From positions 23,478 to 87,477 of the forward strand of contig CAWDBT010000001.1 in the NCBI GenBank assembly GCA_963800655.1: a stretch of DNA of 64,000 nucleotides. Reading direction: 5' to 3'. Position numbers and translations under genes: made by a program. This document shows, piece by piece, positions 1 through 10,100 of the stretch. The notes beneath the pieces were generated by a model that ran no database searches, was not told the DNA's origin, and saw only the letters and a list, made by a program, of their open reading frames with translations. This DNA comes from Parachlamydiales bacterium (GTDB lineage: Bacteria > Chlamydiota > Chlamydiia > Chlamydiales > SM23-39). Position 1 is the stretch's first letter. Each line of letters opens with the position of its first letter.

Positions 1-1980
1 TTCTCCGTCTTGAGAAGCCCAATGAGGACATAGAGCATCGATGCGGGAATGCACTGGAGAATACAAGGAATGTGCGGTCAATTCGAGGAAGTAAGGGCAG
101 GGATGCTCTAGCTCAACTTTCAAAGTGTTTTCATCGAGAACTTTGATTCCGATATCTTCGATGCCAATTTTTGCCTCTTTGATCGCCTTGGCATTTTTGA
201 TGGGATAAAACAGGTGTGCGAATGCGGAAGAAAAGCTAGGAGAGAGCACCTTTTTCCAAGCATAGGCGAAGTCATGAGCGGTTACCTTGTCCCCATTGTT
301 CCAAAAAGATGTTCTCAGAGTGAAGCAATAGGTTTTTTTGTCTTCGGAGATTTCTATTTTTTCAGCTAAAGCGGGTTCTGGAAAACCGTCCTTTCCGATC
401 CGGGTCAGGCCTTCGAACAGCAGCCTCAAGACTCTTCTGGAATGCTCATCTCCTCCTATGCGGGGATCTAAAGAAAGAGAAATCGTCGGCAAACTAAGCC
501 GTAGAGACTGAAAATTCGAGACTTTTTTCTTCCAGGCTTGCATGCCGGTTTCGACGATGCGGCGGAACTGAAGTTTAGGAGGCGTATCAGCAGAATGAGA
601 GATGTAGCCTAGGAAATGAGAGCCTCGATGAGCTAGGGAAACAGTGATTAAATCATCGTCTATCGCCTGTTCGCTTTTTAGAGCCTCTTGGATGGTTTCC
701 TTAAACGAGGGATCGTCTGCGCGAAGCATGACTAAAATAACGCGTTCGGAAAGGTGCGATTGAAAAAAGGAGTCTTCTTTTTTAGAAAATTTGATCTCCA
801 GCGCCTCCAAAAACATTTTGAAGAGATTTTTTAAAAGATCGATGTGGAGGAGAGCTTGCATGTGGCTTGGGGAGATAGCATGAAAAAATTTGTCGAGGAG
901 GTCGGGGTCTTTGTTCTCGATCTCTGGAAAGCTTTTTTTGAATTCGGAAAGAAGATCGCGTTGTTGGGCGAATAAGCCCCCATTGTAATCGCGGACGTTG
1001 CCGAGAGCCTTGCGGATTGCAAAGAGAGCTTCGTATCGGGCCTGGGGGAGGTTGATCGAAAGATCGGTGCGGCGAAAGCGCGAATCGATCGGGATGCGCA
1101 GTTCAAACACATTTGTTTCGACGTTCCGAAGCTTTTTTGTATGTCGAAGGATAAACTGCAAGGGTTGCGCTGCGAAGGATTCGGCGAGGGGGAGCGTGTG
1201 TTTGTTCACCGTTCGAACGAGAATGACGTGGAAGGAAAGGGAATGGAGATCTTGCGATCCAAAGAAGATCATGGTTTGAGGAAGATCAGGGATGGACGCG
1301 AGTTCTCGTTTCAAGAGGGCGACGTTTTTCAGAACTTCTTCTTCGCGATGCAGGTTAAATGTAACTAGGCCGAATTCCTCGATTCGTTTGGTCAATTCAT
1401 CTGCAATAGAACTTTTTAAGAGGTTTCTTTCCGGCAAGGAAATCCGAGAACCCTCTTCTGCAGAGATTTCCAGGTAAAAGGTGCGAATAGGATCGGCCGA
1501 TGGGTAAACGCAAAACGATCCTTTTACAATCTCTGCTTTGGGAAGGATGGAGAGAATGGCAGAGATAATGTGCCTTTCGCCCAAGCGCTCGGTTTCTTCA
1601 TTGAGAGAAAGTGCGATTGCAACTCCCAAAACGGGTTGTGCGCGGAAGGGAAATTGGAGCTTGGCATGGATCAAGCGAGTTTCCACCTTTCTCATTTGGG
1701 GTGAAAAATACAAGGCGCGATTCAGCGACTTTCGCATGAGATAGTGGGAGCAAAAGAGCTTGGTCAAGTGAGCGATGTTTCTCGGATGTCTGAATGCTTG
1801 GTTCAAATATCCGGCAAACCGGTGGAACTCTTGGGCGAGATCGCTTTCGAAATGATCGGGCCATCGATTGACGATATGTCCAATCGAATCCGAAAGCAAA
1901 ACCATGTATTCGGGATAAAGAAATGGAGGGCGGGCTCCTTGCGCGATCGGTTTTCTCGTTGAGACAAAAAGTCTTTTCAT
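1..1980 (-). CDS. SBP family 5 (OppA/DppA-like) peptide-binding domain protein with an N-terminal extension of about 470 aa; C-terminus lies beyond the window start
   Basis: Absent from the ORF track because it is edge-truncated. Read by hand on the minus strand from ATG 1980-1978. All 660 in-frame codons down to position 1 lack tta/cta/tca. Residues about 475-660 read LRLSLPTISLSLDPRIGGDEHSRRVLRLLFEGLTRIGKDG..KTYCFTLRTSFWNNGDKVTAHDFAYAWKKVLSP, typical of the N-lobe of family-5 solute-binding proteins. No signal peptide at the N-terminus (MKRLFVSTRKPIAQGARPPF). Confidence 0.7.
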   Translation of the reverse strand, partial: MKRLFVSTRKPIAQGARPPFLYPEYMVLLSDSIGHIVNRWPDHFESDLAQEFHRFAGYLNQAFRHPRNIAHLTKLFCSHYLMRKSLNRALYFSPQMRKVETRLIHAKLQFPFRAQPVLGVAIALSLNEETERLGERHIISAILSILPKAEIVKGSFCVYPSADPIRTFYLEISAEEGSRISLPERNLLKSSIADELTKRIEEFGLVTFNLHREEEVLKNVALLKRELASIPDLPQTMIFFGSQDLHSLSFHVILVRTVNKHTLPLAESFAAQPLQFILRHTKKLRNVETNVFELRIPIDSRFRRTDLSINLPQARYEALFAIRKALGNVRDYNGGLFAQQRDLLSEFKKSFPEIENKDPDLLDKFFHAISPSHMQALLHIDLLKNLFKMFLEALEIKFSKKEDSFFQSHLSERVILVMLRADDPSFKETIQEALKSEQAIDDDLITVSLAHRGSHFLGYISHSADTPPKLQFRRIVETGMQAWKKKVSNFQSLRLSLPTISLSLDPRIGGDEHSRRVLRLLFEGLTRIGKDGFPEPALAEKIEISEDKKTYCFTLRTSFWNNGDKVTAHDFAYAWKKVLSPSFSSAFAHLFYPIKNAKAIKEAKIGIEDIGIKVLDENTLKVELEHPCPYFLELTAHSLYSPVHSRIDALCPHWASQDGE

Positions 1981-2180
1981 TCCGCTCTATCCATCGATTT
2001 CGTGCCGAAGCACTTTACTAAAAACGGAAAATTGAAGATAGCGTCTAATTGCATAAATTCCTGTGCTTTTGACCTGCGTTAAAGCTTCGCAATTCCAGAG
2101 CGGCGAAGCCCCTGCCCGTAGCTCTGGAAAAAAACGAAGGGATCTTCTATCTTAGCCTTCAACAACCAAGGGAGCTAAAT

Positions 2181-2507
2181 ATGGCCGATAAGGAATTGAT
2201 CAAGCATTTGACCGATGCGAGTTTTGATGGCGCGGTGGAAAAAGGTGTGACCCTTGTGGATTTCCATGCGGATTGGTGCGGCCCTTGCCGGATGCTGGCT
2301 CCAGTTTTGGAACAGGTGGCAAAAGACGTAAAAGGGAAAGCCTCGATCGCAAAAGTCGATATCGATAGCGCGCAGGAAACAGCGGGCAAGTTCAATATCA
2401 CTTCGGTTCCGACGATGATTTTGTTTAAGAATGGGAATGAAATCAACCGTTTGGTCGGCTTGCGGAATGCCGAGGATGTGAAAAAATTTATTCTCGCCGC
2501 TGTTTAA
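2181..2507 (+). CDS. trxA: Thioredoxin
   Basis: 108 aa with the WCGPC active site (DFHADWCGPCRMLAP) and thioredoxin length. Confidence 0.95.
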   Translation: MADKELIKHLTDASFDGAVEKGVTLVDFHADWCGPCRMLAPVLEQVAKDVKGKASIAKVDIDSAQETAGKFNITSVPTMILFKNGNEINRLVGLRNAEDVKKFILAAV

Positions 2508-2528
2508 TCCGTTTTATTTGGCAAGGCT

Positions 2529-2741
2529 GTGCGATTCATTGCGATGTTTATTTTTTTTATCGTAGGTACCGGCCTTTTCCTTCATTCCGGGTTTGATTTC
2601 CCTTATCTGCAGTGGGTTGGCCGGCTTCCGGGAGACGTCGTCGTTCGAAAAGAAGGCATTTTTCTCTTTTTCCCCTTGACGACGTCGTTTCTGCTCAGCG
2701 CTATGATCGCCGGATTATTTCGCGCCGTTCAGCGGAAATAG
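2529..2741 (+). CDS. Small membrane protein, DUF2905-like
   Basis: 70 aa with two hydrophobic helices flanking a GRLPGDVVVRKEG..FFPLTTS motif typical of DUF2905. GTG start. Confidence 0.6.
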   Translation: MRFIAMFIFFIVGTGLFLHSGFDFPYLQWVGRLPGDVVVRKEGIFLFFPLTTSFLLSAMIAGLFRAVQRK

Positions 2742-2768
2742 ACCTCCTGCTGGATAGCGGAGGGGCGA

Positions 2769-3221
2769 CTATGAAAATGCGGAGCCTTTTTGTCGCAGCG
2801 CTTCATATAGGACAATCGCGGCGCTGCATGCCAGATTCAGGCACCGCGCCTCTTGCCGCATGGGGATGCGGTAGAAGCGATCCGGCCACATTTCCCAATA
2901 CGATTCGGGAATGCCGGAGGTTTCAGAGCCGAAAATCAATAGAGAATTTTCTTCATAAGGGGCTTCGGTATAGCTAAGCGACGCTTTTGAGGAAAAAAAG
3001 AAAAAGAGATTGGGAGTTTGCTGGAGATATTCCATCAAATCATCGATTTCTTCGACGCGAAGAAGATTCCAGTAGTCGAGGCCGGCTCGTTTGAGCTGAC
3101 GGCTCGATGTGCTGAATCCAAGAGGGCGCACGAGGATCAATTCCGATCCGGTCGCTGCGCAAGTCCGCGCGATGCTGCCTGTGTTCTGAGGGATCTCCGG
3201 TCGAAATAAAACGACTTTCAT
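2769..3221 (-). CDS. trmL: tRNA (cytidine/uridine-2'-O)-methyltransferase, SpoU/TrmL family
   Basis: 150 aa reading MKVVLFRPEIPQNTGSIARTCAATG..LIFGSETSGIPE, the SpoU knot motifs. Its ATG overlaps the mip stop (ATGA). Confidence 0.85.
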   Translation of the reverse strand: MKVVLFRPEIPQNTGSIARTCAATGSELILVRPLGFSTSSRQLKRAGLDYWNLLRVEEIDDLMEYLQQTPNLFFFFSSKASLSYTEAPYEENSLLIFGSETSGIPESYWEMWPDRFYRIPMRQEARCLNLACSAAIVLYEALRQKGSAFS

Positions 3222-3916
3222 GGGGCGGTAAACGGTTTCAAAGGGATGGGATCTTCAGAGGCTTTCAGCATCTGCGCTTTGATTAGTTCCACTTCGAAGA
3301 TGAGAAGTGCGTTTGGCATCGAGGGAGTGTTTTTGCCATATCCCAAATCGGGGTGGATATAAAGGGTGCGCGTTTCGCCCTCTTTCATCCCGGCGATTCC
3401 CTTGGCAAATCCGGGCAGAGCGGAGTCGAGGGGAACCGCTTCGGTTCCGTCCGATGCGCCGAAGACGGTGCCGTTGAGATAGCGCCCTTTATAGCGCAAA
3501 AGCGGGGTATTATAGAGGTCGACCGACTCTCCGTCGCCGGGGCGGTCGATCCGATATTGGATTTTTCCCTCCTCGATAGAGGCGATCCCTTGCGCCGTTT
3601 TGTTTTTTGCCAGAAATCCGATCGCTTCCGCGAAATTGGCTTCGCTTTGCGCGGCTTGCCGTTTGATTTGAAGCGCTGAAAGAGCTTCATCGCATTCGCC
3701 TTCGGTTAAGGGAGCGGATTTTCCTGAAGAAGCGTCTTTCATCCCGCGCGCCACTGCGTCGAGATCGATCGGAATGCCTGAGGACTGCAGATTCTTTCCG
3801 ATCAGATGGCCCAATGCTTCCGAGAGCTTGGTGATGTCGGGCGTCTGCTCATCGGGAGCGTTTTGAGCGTGCAGCGAGCAAACGAGCAGGGCGAGCGGGA
3901 TCAATCGGCGGTTCAT
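3218..3916 (-). CDS. mip: FKBP-type peptidyl-prolyl isomerase, Mip-like
   Basis: C-terminal FKBP domain (YKGRYLNGTVFGAS..GMKEGETRTLYIHPDLGYG..LLIFEVELI). I place the start at the internal Met MNRRLIPLALLVCSLHA, which gives a signal peptide. That ATG overlaps the hisS TGA. The track ORF extends to 4051. Confidence 0.85.
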   Translation of the reverse strand: MNRRLIPLALLVCSLHAQNAPDEQTPDITKLSEALGHLIGKNLQSSGIPIDLDAVARGMKDASSGKSAPLTEGECDEALSALQIKRQAAQSEANFAEAIGFLAKNKTAQGIASIEEGKIQYRIDRPGDGESVDLYNTPLLRYKGRYLNGTVFGASDGTEAVPLDSALPGFAKGIAGMKEGETRTLYIHPDLGYGKNTPSMPNALLIFEVELIKAQMLKASEDPIPLKPFTAP

Positions 3917-5208
3917 CGAGGATGCCTTCGCCGATGGCGTTCGAAATATTCTGCGAGTTGATCGAGGGGGATCTGTTCTTGTTCGCGGGATTGGAGGTGT
4001 TTGATTTGCGCGATGCCCTTGGCGAGTTCTTCGGATCCGACGATGGCGCACATCTCAGCGCCAATGCGGGAGGCATTCTGCAGGCCGAGTTGGATTTTTT
4101 TCGAATGCAAATCGATTTCGGTGGGGATTCCCTTGTGGCGGCACTCCGTGGCGAGGGCAAAGCAAACCTCGCGTTCGCGTTCGCCGAGGGGGAGGAGATA
4201 GAGGCAAGGGCCTTGCCGCGCAGGGATGGGAGCGTGTTGCGCGAACATCGTCTGCAGGACTCGTTCGAGGCCGGTTCCGAATCCGACCGCAGGCAGATCG
4301 GGTCCGCCGAATTCGGCGATCAATCCATCGTAACGGCCTCCGGCGCCGATCGCATTTTGCGCTCCGAGGACGTCCGCGGTGATCTCAAACACGGTTTTAT
4401 TGTAATAGTCGAGCCCTCGGACGATCCGATCGTTGACCGCATAGGGGATGCGGCATTGGTCCAGGATGCGGCGCAGGGCGTCGAAATGCTCTTTGGAAAC
4501 AGGGGTGAGGGAGTCGAGGATCGAAGGGGCTTTTGAGAGGATTTCCTTATCCTTTGGATCTTTGGAGTCCAAAATGCGCAAGGGGTTTGCCTCGAAGCGG
4601 ATCTTGCTGTCTTCCGAGAGATCGTTGAAATAGGGGCGCAGATAGTCCTGAAGGGCTGCGCGGAACGCTTGCCGGGATTCGGGATCGCCCACGGTGTTGA
4701 GTTGGACTGTCAGATTCTTGATCCCGAGCCTCGAATAAGTTTCGCATAGGAGATCGATCACTTCTGCATCTTGGGCGGGCGAGGAAATTCCGATCGCTTC
4801 GACGCCGAATTGATGGTGCTGGCGGTAGCGGCCCGACTGGGGACGCTCATAGCGGAACATGGGCGCGATGTAAAAGAGCTTATGGACGGGGCCGATCTGG
4901 GAAAAATGATTTTCGATAAAGGCGCGCATTGCGGCTGAGGTGCCTTCGGGTCGAAGCGAGATCGATCGCCCTCCCTTGTCGTCGAAGGTGAACATCTCTT
5001 TCATGACGATATCGCTGGTTCCGCCCACGCCGCGGTCGAATAGTTCGGTTCGTTCATAGACCGGAGTCCGAATCTCCGAATATCCGTATTCGGATGCCGT
5101 TTTGCGGATCACTTCTTCGACATACTGCCACACTCCGGAGAGCTTCCACGGCTCATCGGCTCCATAGGGAAGAATGTCGAAGGTTCCTTTGGGGATTTGG
5201 AATTTCAT
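3913..5208 (-). CDS. hisS: Histidine--tRNA ligase
   Basis: 431 aa with class II motifs (FRYERPQSGRYRQHHQFGVEAIG; GGGRYDGL). Intact. Confidence 0.95.
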   Translation of the reverse strand: MKFQIPKGTFDILPYGADEPWKLSGVWQYVEEVIRKTASEYGYSEIRTPVYERTELFDRGVGGTSDIVMKEMFTFDDKGGRSISLRPEGTSAAMRAFIENHFSQIGPVHKLFYIAPMFRYERPQSGRYRQHHQFGVEAIGISSPAQDAEVIDLLCETYSRLGIKNLTVQLNTVGDPESRQAFRAALQDYLRPYFNDLSEDSKIRFEANPLRILDSKDPKDKEILSKAPSILDSLTPVSKEHFDALRRILDQCRIPYAVNDRIVRGLDYYNKTVFEITADVLGAQNAIGAGGRYDGLIAEFGGPDLPAVGFGTGLERVLQTMFAQHAPIPARQGPCLYLLPLGEREREVCFALATECRHKGIPTEIDLHSKKIQLGLQNASRIGAEMCAIVGSEELAKGIAQIKHLQSREQEQIPLDQLAEYFERHRRRHPR

Positions 5209-5345
5209 GGGCGTCCGCTAATGTCGGGTTGTTTAAATTTTTTCATGGGCATCGAATATAAACACCCCGAAGTATCGCGCCTGGATACTTTTTTAGCAAT
5301 TTCCCTGTTATTGAAGATCCGCGGTATTTTTTTCGGTCAAATATT

Positions 5346-5404
5346 AGAGGGCATCTACAAAGAGAAACTTCGTCGATTTTTGGGATTCTTTTGGGAAAAG
5401 AGCC
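5346..5404 (+). repeat. Copy a of a dispersed intergenic repeat of about 55-60 nt
   Basis: AGAGGGCATCTACAAAGAGAAACTTCGTCGATTTTTGGGATTCTTTTGGGAAAAGAGCC. Aligns by eye with 26066-26115 (+), 26136-26213 (-), 27183-27240 (-) and 54624-54682 (-). Confidence 0.7.
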
Positions 5405-5690
5405 TTTTCTCGTTCTTTACGCGATGGTTCGATTCGCTCTGAGAAATGACTTCGCCCGGTATTAGTGATTTTTTCATTTTATTTGTTTGGCAGGAGCTGC
5501 GGTCGTGGCGAAGACCCCTGCTTGGGTTGCCGCGCTTTGCAAGCGCGCGATCGGCAAAAAGTTCTAGCAAATTTTTAAAAAGAAAGGCTAGATAGAGGGA
5601 TGTCTGCAAACCTCGCGTCGCCTTGGCTTCGCAGTTTGCGATCTTTATTAAAAATAAAAATTTTATAAACCATTTCCTAGGGAAATTAGC

Positions 5691-5718
5691 TTGACAACAC
5701 CGATCTACAAGGTATACT
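5691..5718 (+). promoter_or_regulatory. Candidate sigma-70/66-type promoter for uhpC
   Basis: TTGACA (5691-5696), a 16-nt spacer, then TATACT (5713-5718). It lies 52 nt upstream of the uhpC GTG and follows an A/T-rich tract. Sequence match only. Confidence 0.45.
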
Positions 5719-5769
5719 ATTTGACAGGTTTGCGAGGTGGTTTTCCGTGGAAAATAAAAGAGACCCTGC

Positions 5770-7116
5770 GTGAGCATTCTCGACTTTTTTAAGCCCGCCC
5801 CTCATTTAGAGGAGATCCGGGACGACTCTTTAGTGAAAAAGAAATACCGATATTGGCGCATGCGTACGTTCTACGCGATGTACATCGGGTATGCCTTTTA
5901 TTATTTCACCCGCAAGAGCTTTACATTCGCGATGCCTGCGATGCAGGAAACGCTGGGAATGGATAAATTCGAGCTGGGAGTCCTCGCGAGCATCCTCAGC
6001 CTGAGCTATGGGGCGAGCAAGTTCCTGAGCGGGATCTTGGGGGACAAGTCGAACCCGCGCTATTTCATGTCGATCGGACTGATCCTGACCGGCATATTCA
6101 ATATTTTATTCGGCATGTCGTCGGCCTGGTGGGCGTTTGCTCTATTCTGGGGACTCAATGGATGGTTCCAGGGCTGGGGCTGGCCGGGATGCGCAAAACT
6201 GCTGACCCACTGGTATTCCCCGTCCGAGAGGGGCCGGTGGTGGAGCGTTTGGAATACGTGCCATAACCTGGGCGGGGCGCTGATCCCTTTGGCGGCCGCT
6301 TCTCTGGCCGAATCCCTGGGATGGCGCTACGGCATGTACATTCCGGGAGCGATTTGCATCGCCGTGGGATTCTTTCTGATCAACCGCTTGCGGGATACCC
6401 CGCAATCGCTGGGATTGCCCCCGATCGAAAAATTTCGAGATGATTATCCGACTTCAGGCGCAAAGAATTCCGAAGAGGTCGAGATTTCCGCCAAGCGGAT
6501 TCTGATCGACTATGTGATCGCCAATAAATTCGTATGGATGCTGGCGATCTCGTATTTTTTTATTTACATCGTGCGCACGGCGGTCAACGACTGGAGCATG
6601 ATGTACCTGAAAGAGGTCAAGGGCTACTCGGGCCTTGTGGCAGGGGGATGCTTAGTCTGGTTCGAAGTGGGCGGATTCTTCGGCAGTTTGGCTGCGGGCT
6701 GGAGTTCGGATGTGCTGTTCAAGGGCAAGCGCGCTCCCGTCAACGTATTGTTTGCTGCGGGAGTTCTGGCCTCGTTGCTCTGTTTCCGGATGATGAATTT
6801 CTATGCGCCTGTCTTGGATTCTTGTTACCTATTCCTATTCGGGTTTTTTATTTTTGGCCCGCAGATGCTAATCGGAGTGGCTTGCGCCGAACTGTCGCAT
6901 AAAAAGGCGGCTGCGACGGCGACCGGATTTGCCGGAAGCTTCGCGTATCTCGGAGCTGCGGCAGCGGGAGGCCCTCTCGGCGCGCTGATCAATCTCTGGG
7001 GATGGGACAGCTATTTTATCGCGCTCTCCGTTTGTTCCTGCGCGGCGATTGCCTGCCTGCTGCCCCTTTGGAAGGTCAAAGCCCGAGCGGAAGTCCCTGC
7101 AGCTACCAGCAGCTGA
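5770..7116 (+). CDS. uhpC: Hexose-phosphate transporter, organophosphate:Pi antiporter family (MFS)
   Basis: 448 aa with 12 predicted TM segments and a UhpC/UhpT/GlpT-type N-terminus (YRYWRMRTFYAMYIGYAFYYFTRKSF; GDKSNPRYFMSIGL). Sits next to hisS/dnaE as in Chlamydia. Confidence 0.85.
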   Translation: MSILDFFKPAPHLEEIRDDSLVKKKYRYWRMRTFYAMYIGYAFYYFTRKSFTFAMPAMQETLGMDKFELGVLASILSLSYGASKFLSGILGDKSNPRYFMSIGLILTGIFNILFGMSSAWWAFALFWGLNGWFQGWGWPGCAKLLTHWYSPSERGRWWSVWNTCHNLGGALIPLAAASLAESLGWRYGMYIPGAICIAVGFFLINRLRDTPQSLGLPPIEKFRDDYPTSGAKNSEEVEISAKRILIDYVIANKFVWMLAISYFFIYIVRTAVNDWSMMYLKEVKGYSGLVAGGCLVWFEVGGFFGSLAAGWSSDVLFKGKRAPVNVLFAAGVLASLLCFRMMNFYAPVLDSCYLFLFGFFIFGPQMLIGVACAELSHKKAAATATGFAGSFAYLGAAAAGGPLGALINLWGWDSYFIALSVCSCAAIACLLPLWKVKARAEVPAATSS

Positions 7117-7162
7117 TTTGCGCCCCTTGTGTATATCTCCAAAAAGCCGTTAAGATTTCCTT

Positions 7163-10100
7163 ATGGCAGCTTGGATTCCTCTCAACGTTCATTCGCAATA
7201 TTCAATTCTCGATTCGACGGCGTCCGTTCAGGCTTTGGCCGAAAAGGCGAAATCGTTTTCTCTTTCCGCTTTGGCGATGACCGATCAGGGGAATCTGTTC
7301 GGGGCGATCGATTTTTTCAAGGCCTGCAAGGCGGCGCAAGTCAAACCGATCATCGGCTGCGAGATCTGGGTGGCTCCGGCATCGAGGAGCGAAAAGAAAC
7401 GAATTCCGGGACAGCCGAACGGGTATCCGATCGTTCTTTTGGCTAAAAACGAAACGGGTTATCGGAATCTATGCAAGCTCTCTTCTCTGGGATTTCTCGA
7501 GGGGTTTTATTACCAGCCTCGCATCGACAAGGAACTGCTCGCTTCCCATAGCTCTGGACTGATTTGTTTATCGGGGCCTTTGAGCGGCAGCGTCGCTTCC
7601 CTGATCGCGCAGGACAAAATGACAGAGGCTCGGGCTGAAATCGAGTGGTTTCATTCGGTTTTCGGCGAGGACTATTATTTCGAACTGCAGCGCCATCGGA
7701 TGGATGAAGATCAGATGCGGCAGGATCTGATGGATCGGGAGAGCTGGCTGCTTCAAAAAGCGCGTGAGACGGTTGCGCAGCAGGAAAAAGTCAATGCAGC
7801 GCTCCTTCGGTTTTCGAAGGAATTCAAGATCGCCGTCGCAGCGACCAACGATATCCATTATATCGAAAGAGACGACTGGCGCGCGCATGAAATTCTGCTG
7901 AATATTCAATCCGGAGAACCCTGCGAAATTTGGGAGCGCGATTCGCGCGGAACGATCAAGGGCAGAATCCCCAACCCGAAGCGGGAAGCTCTTTTTAGCC
8001 ACGAGATGTATTTCAAATCTCCGGATGAGATGCGGCGTCTCTTCGCCGATATTCCCGAAGCGCTCGAGGAAACAGTTCGGATCGCAGACAAATGCAAACT
8101 CGAACTCGATTTTAAAACTCGCCATTATCCGGTGTTTTTCCCTCCCCATCTGGAAGGACGCCAGTGTTCGAAAGAAGAGAGGCTCAAAGAGGCCGAGGGC
8201 TATTTGCATGGGCTTTGCCTCAAGGGCATCGAGTCTCGTTATACGGCTGAAAAGCTGGCCGAAGTGGCCAAAGCAGTTCCCGGAAAAGATCCGTTGCAGA
8301 CGGTGAGAGAGCGCTTCGAATACGAGTTCGGCATTCTCTCCTCGAAGGGCATGTGCGATTACATGCTCATCGTTTACGACTTCATCAATTGGGCGAAAAA
8401 CCGCGGGATTCCGATGGGGCCCGGGCGTGGATCTGCCGCGGGATCGATCATCGCTTATCTGATCGGGATCACCGATATCGAGCCGATGCGGTTCCACCTG
8501 TTCTTCGAAAGATTCATCAACCCGGAGCGAGTGTCCTATCCCGATATCGACGTCGACATCTGCATGGATCGGAGACAGGAGGTCATCGATTACACCGTGC
8601 GCAAGTACGGCAAGGACAAGGTGGCCCAGATCATTACGTTCGGTACGATGAAAGCGAAAATGGCGATCCGCGACGTAGGGCGGGTGCTGAACGTCTCTCT
8701 ATCGAAAGTCAATGAGATCGCCAAGCTGGTTCCTGAAGATCCCAATATGACGCTGGAAAAAGCGTTTCAGATGGATCCCGAGTTGAAGCGGATGATGGAC
8801 GAGGACGACGAGGCCAGGCGGGTTCTCGAAATGGCGCAGAAATGCGAAGGCTCGATCCGCAATACCAGCACCCATGCGGCGGGGTTGATCATTTCCGCGA
8901 ATCCGATCACGGACCATATCCCCGTGTGCACGGCGAAAGATTCCGACATGGTCGTCACGCAATTCGCGATGAAGCCGGTCGAAAGCGTCGGGATGCTGAA
9001 GATCGACTTTTTGGGGCTCAAGACCCTGACCTCGATCCAGAAGTGCGTCGCGGCCATTCGGGCCAACCATGGCAAAGAGATCGACTGGAGCAATTTAAAG
9101 CTCGACGACAAAGCTACATTTGACTTGCTCAATCAGGGGAAGACCCACGGCGTGTTCCAGCTCGAATCGGGCGGGATGCAGGATCTGGCCAGACAGCTCC
9201 ATATCGATACGTTCGAAGAGATCATCGCCGTCGGCGCTCTCTATCGACCGGGTCCGATGGATATGATCCCGTCTTTCATCAACCGCAAACACGGTAGAGA
9301 AGCCATCGAGATCGACCATCCCCTGATGGAGGAGATCCTCTCGGAGACCTATGGCGTCATGGTCTATCAGGAGCAGGTGATGCAGATCGCCAGCAAGCTC
9401 GCCGGCTATTCGCTCGGCGAGGGCGACGTGCTGCGCCGCGCGATGGGAAAGAAAGACAAAGACGAGATGGCTCGGCAGCGGGAAAAGTTTTTATCCGGAT
9501 GCCTCAAGAATCAAATCGATGCTCCGATTGCGGAAAAAATCTTCGATAAGATCGAAAAATTCGCTTCGTATGGCTTCAACAAGTCCCACGCCGCGGCTTA
9601 TGCCTATCTCTCGTATGCCACCGCCTATTTGAAGGCGAATTATTCCAAGGAATGGATGGCGTCGCTGATGACATGCGACTGCGACGATTTGACGAAAGTG
9701 GCGAAGTTCATCCGAGAAGCGCATGCGATGCAGATCGCGATTTTGCCTCCCGATATCAACGAAGCGGGCCTCGAGTTTTCCGCGACAGCCCAAGGGCATC
9801 CGGTTTGCGATGAGCGGGATCAAGGGCGTCAGTTCGAATGCCGTCGAATTGGCGATCGCAGAGCGCAAGAAAAACGGGCCGTTTAAAAATCTCTACGATT
9901 TCGTCTGCCGCATCGATAAGGCAAAGGTGGGCCGCAAACAAATCGAATTGCTCATCGAAGCGGGCGCCTTTGATTTTACGGGATGGAGCCGCGATGCCAT
10001 GCGGGAGAGCCTCGAAGCCATGTGGGAAGAAGCGACTCGCGCTCAAAAAGAGAGCGAGCTCGGAGTCATGGATCTATTTTCTCTCTTCGAAGCCCCGGCG

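Noticed and set aside
5197-5442. 81-aa ORF spanning repeat copy a in the hisS-uhpC intergenic region
   Set aside because: It overlaps the hisS start. It exists largely because the repeat happens to be open in that frame, and other repeat copies are not embedded in comparable ORFs.
7568-8497. 309-aa minus-strand ORF antisense to dnaE. Similar long antisense or alternative-frame ORFs occur in hisS (3922-4536), kdpB (48989-49633), the thioesterase (52019-52630) and lon (60444-60968).
   Set aside because: All overlap genes with strong family signatures on the other strand or frame, and none has a recognisable motif.
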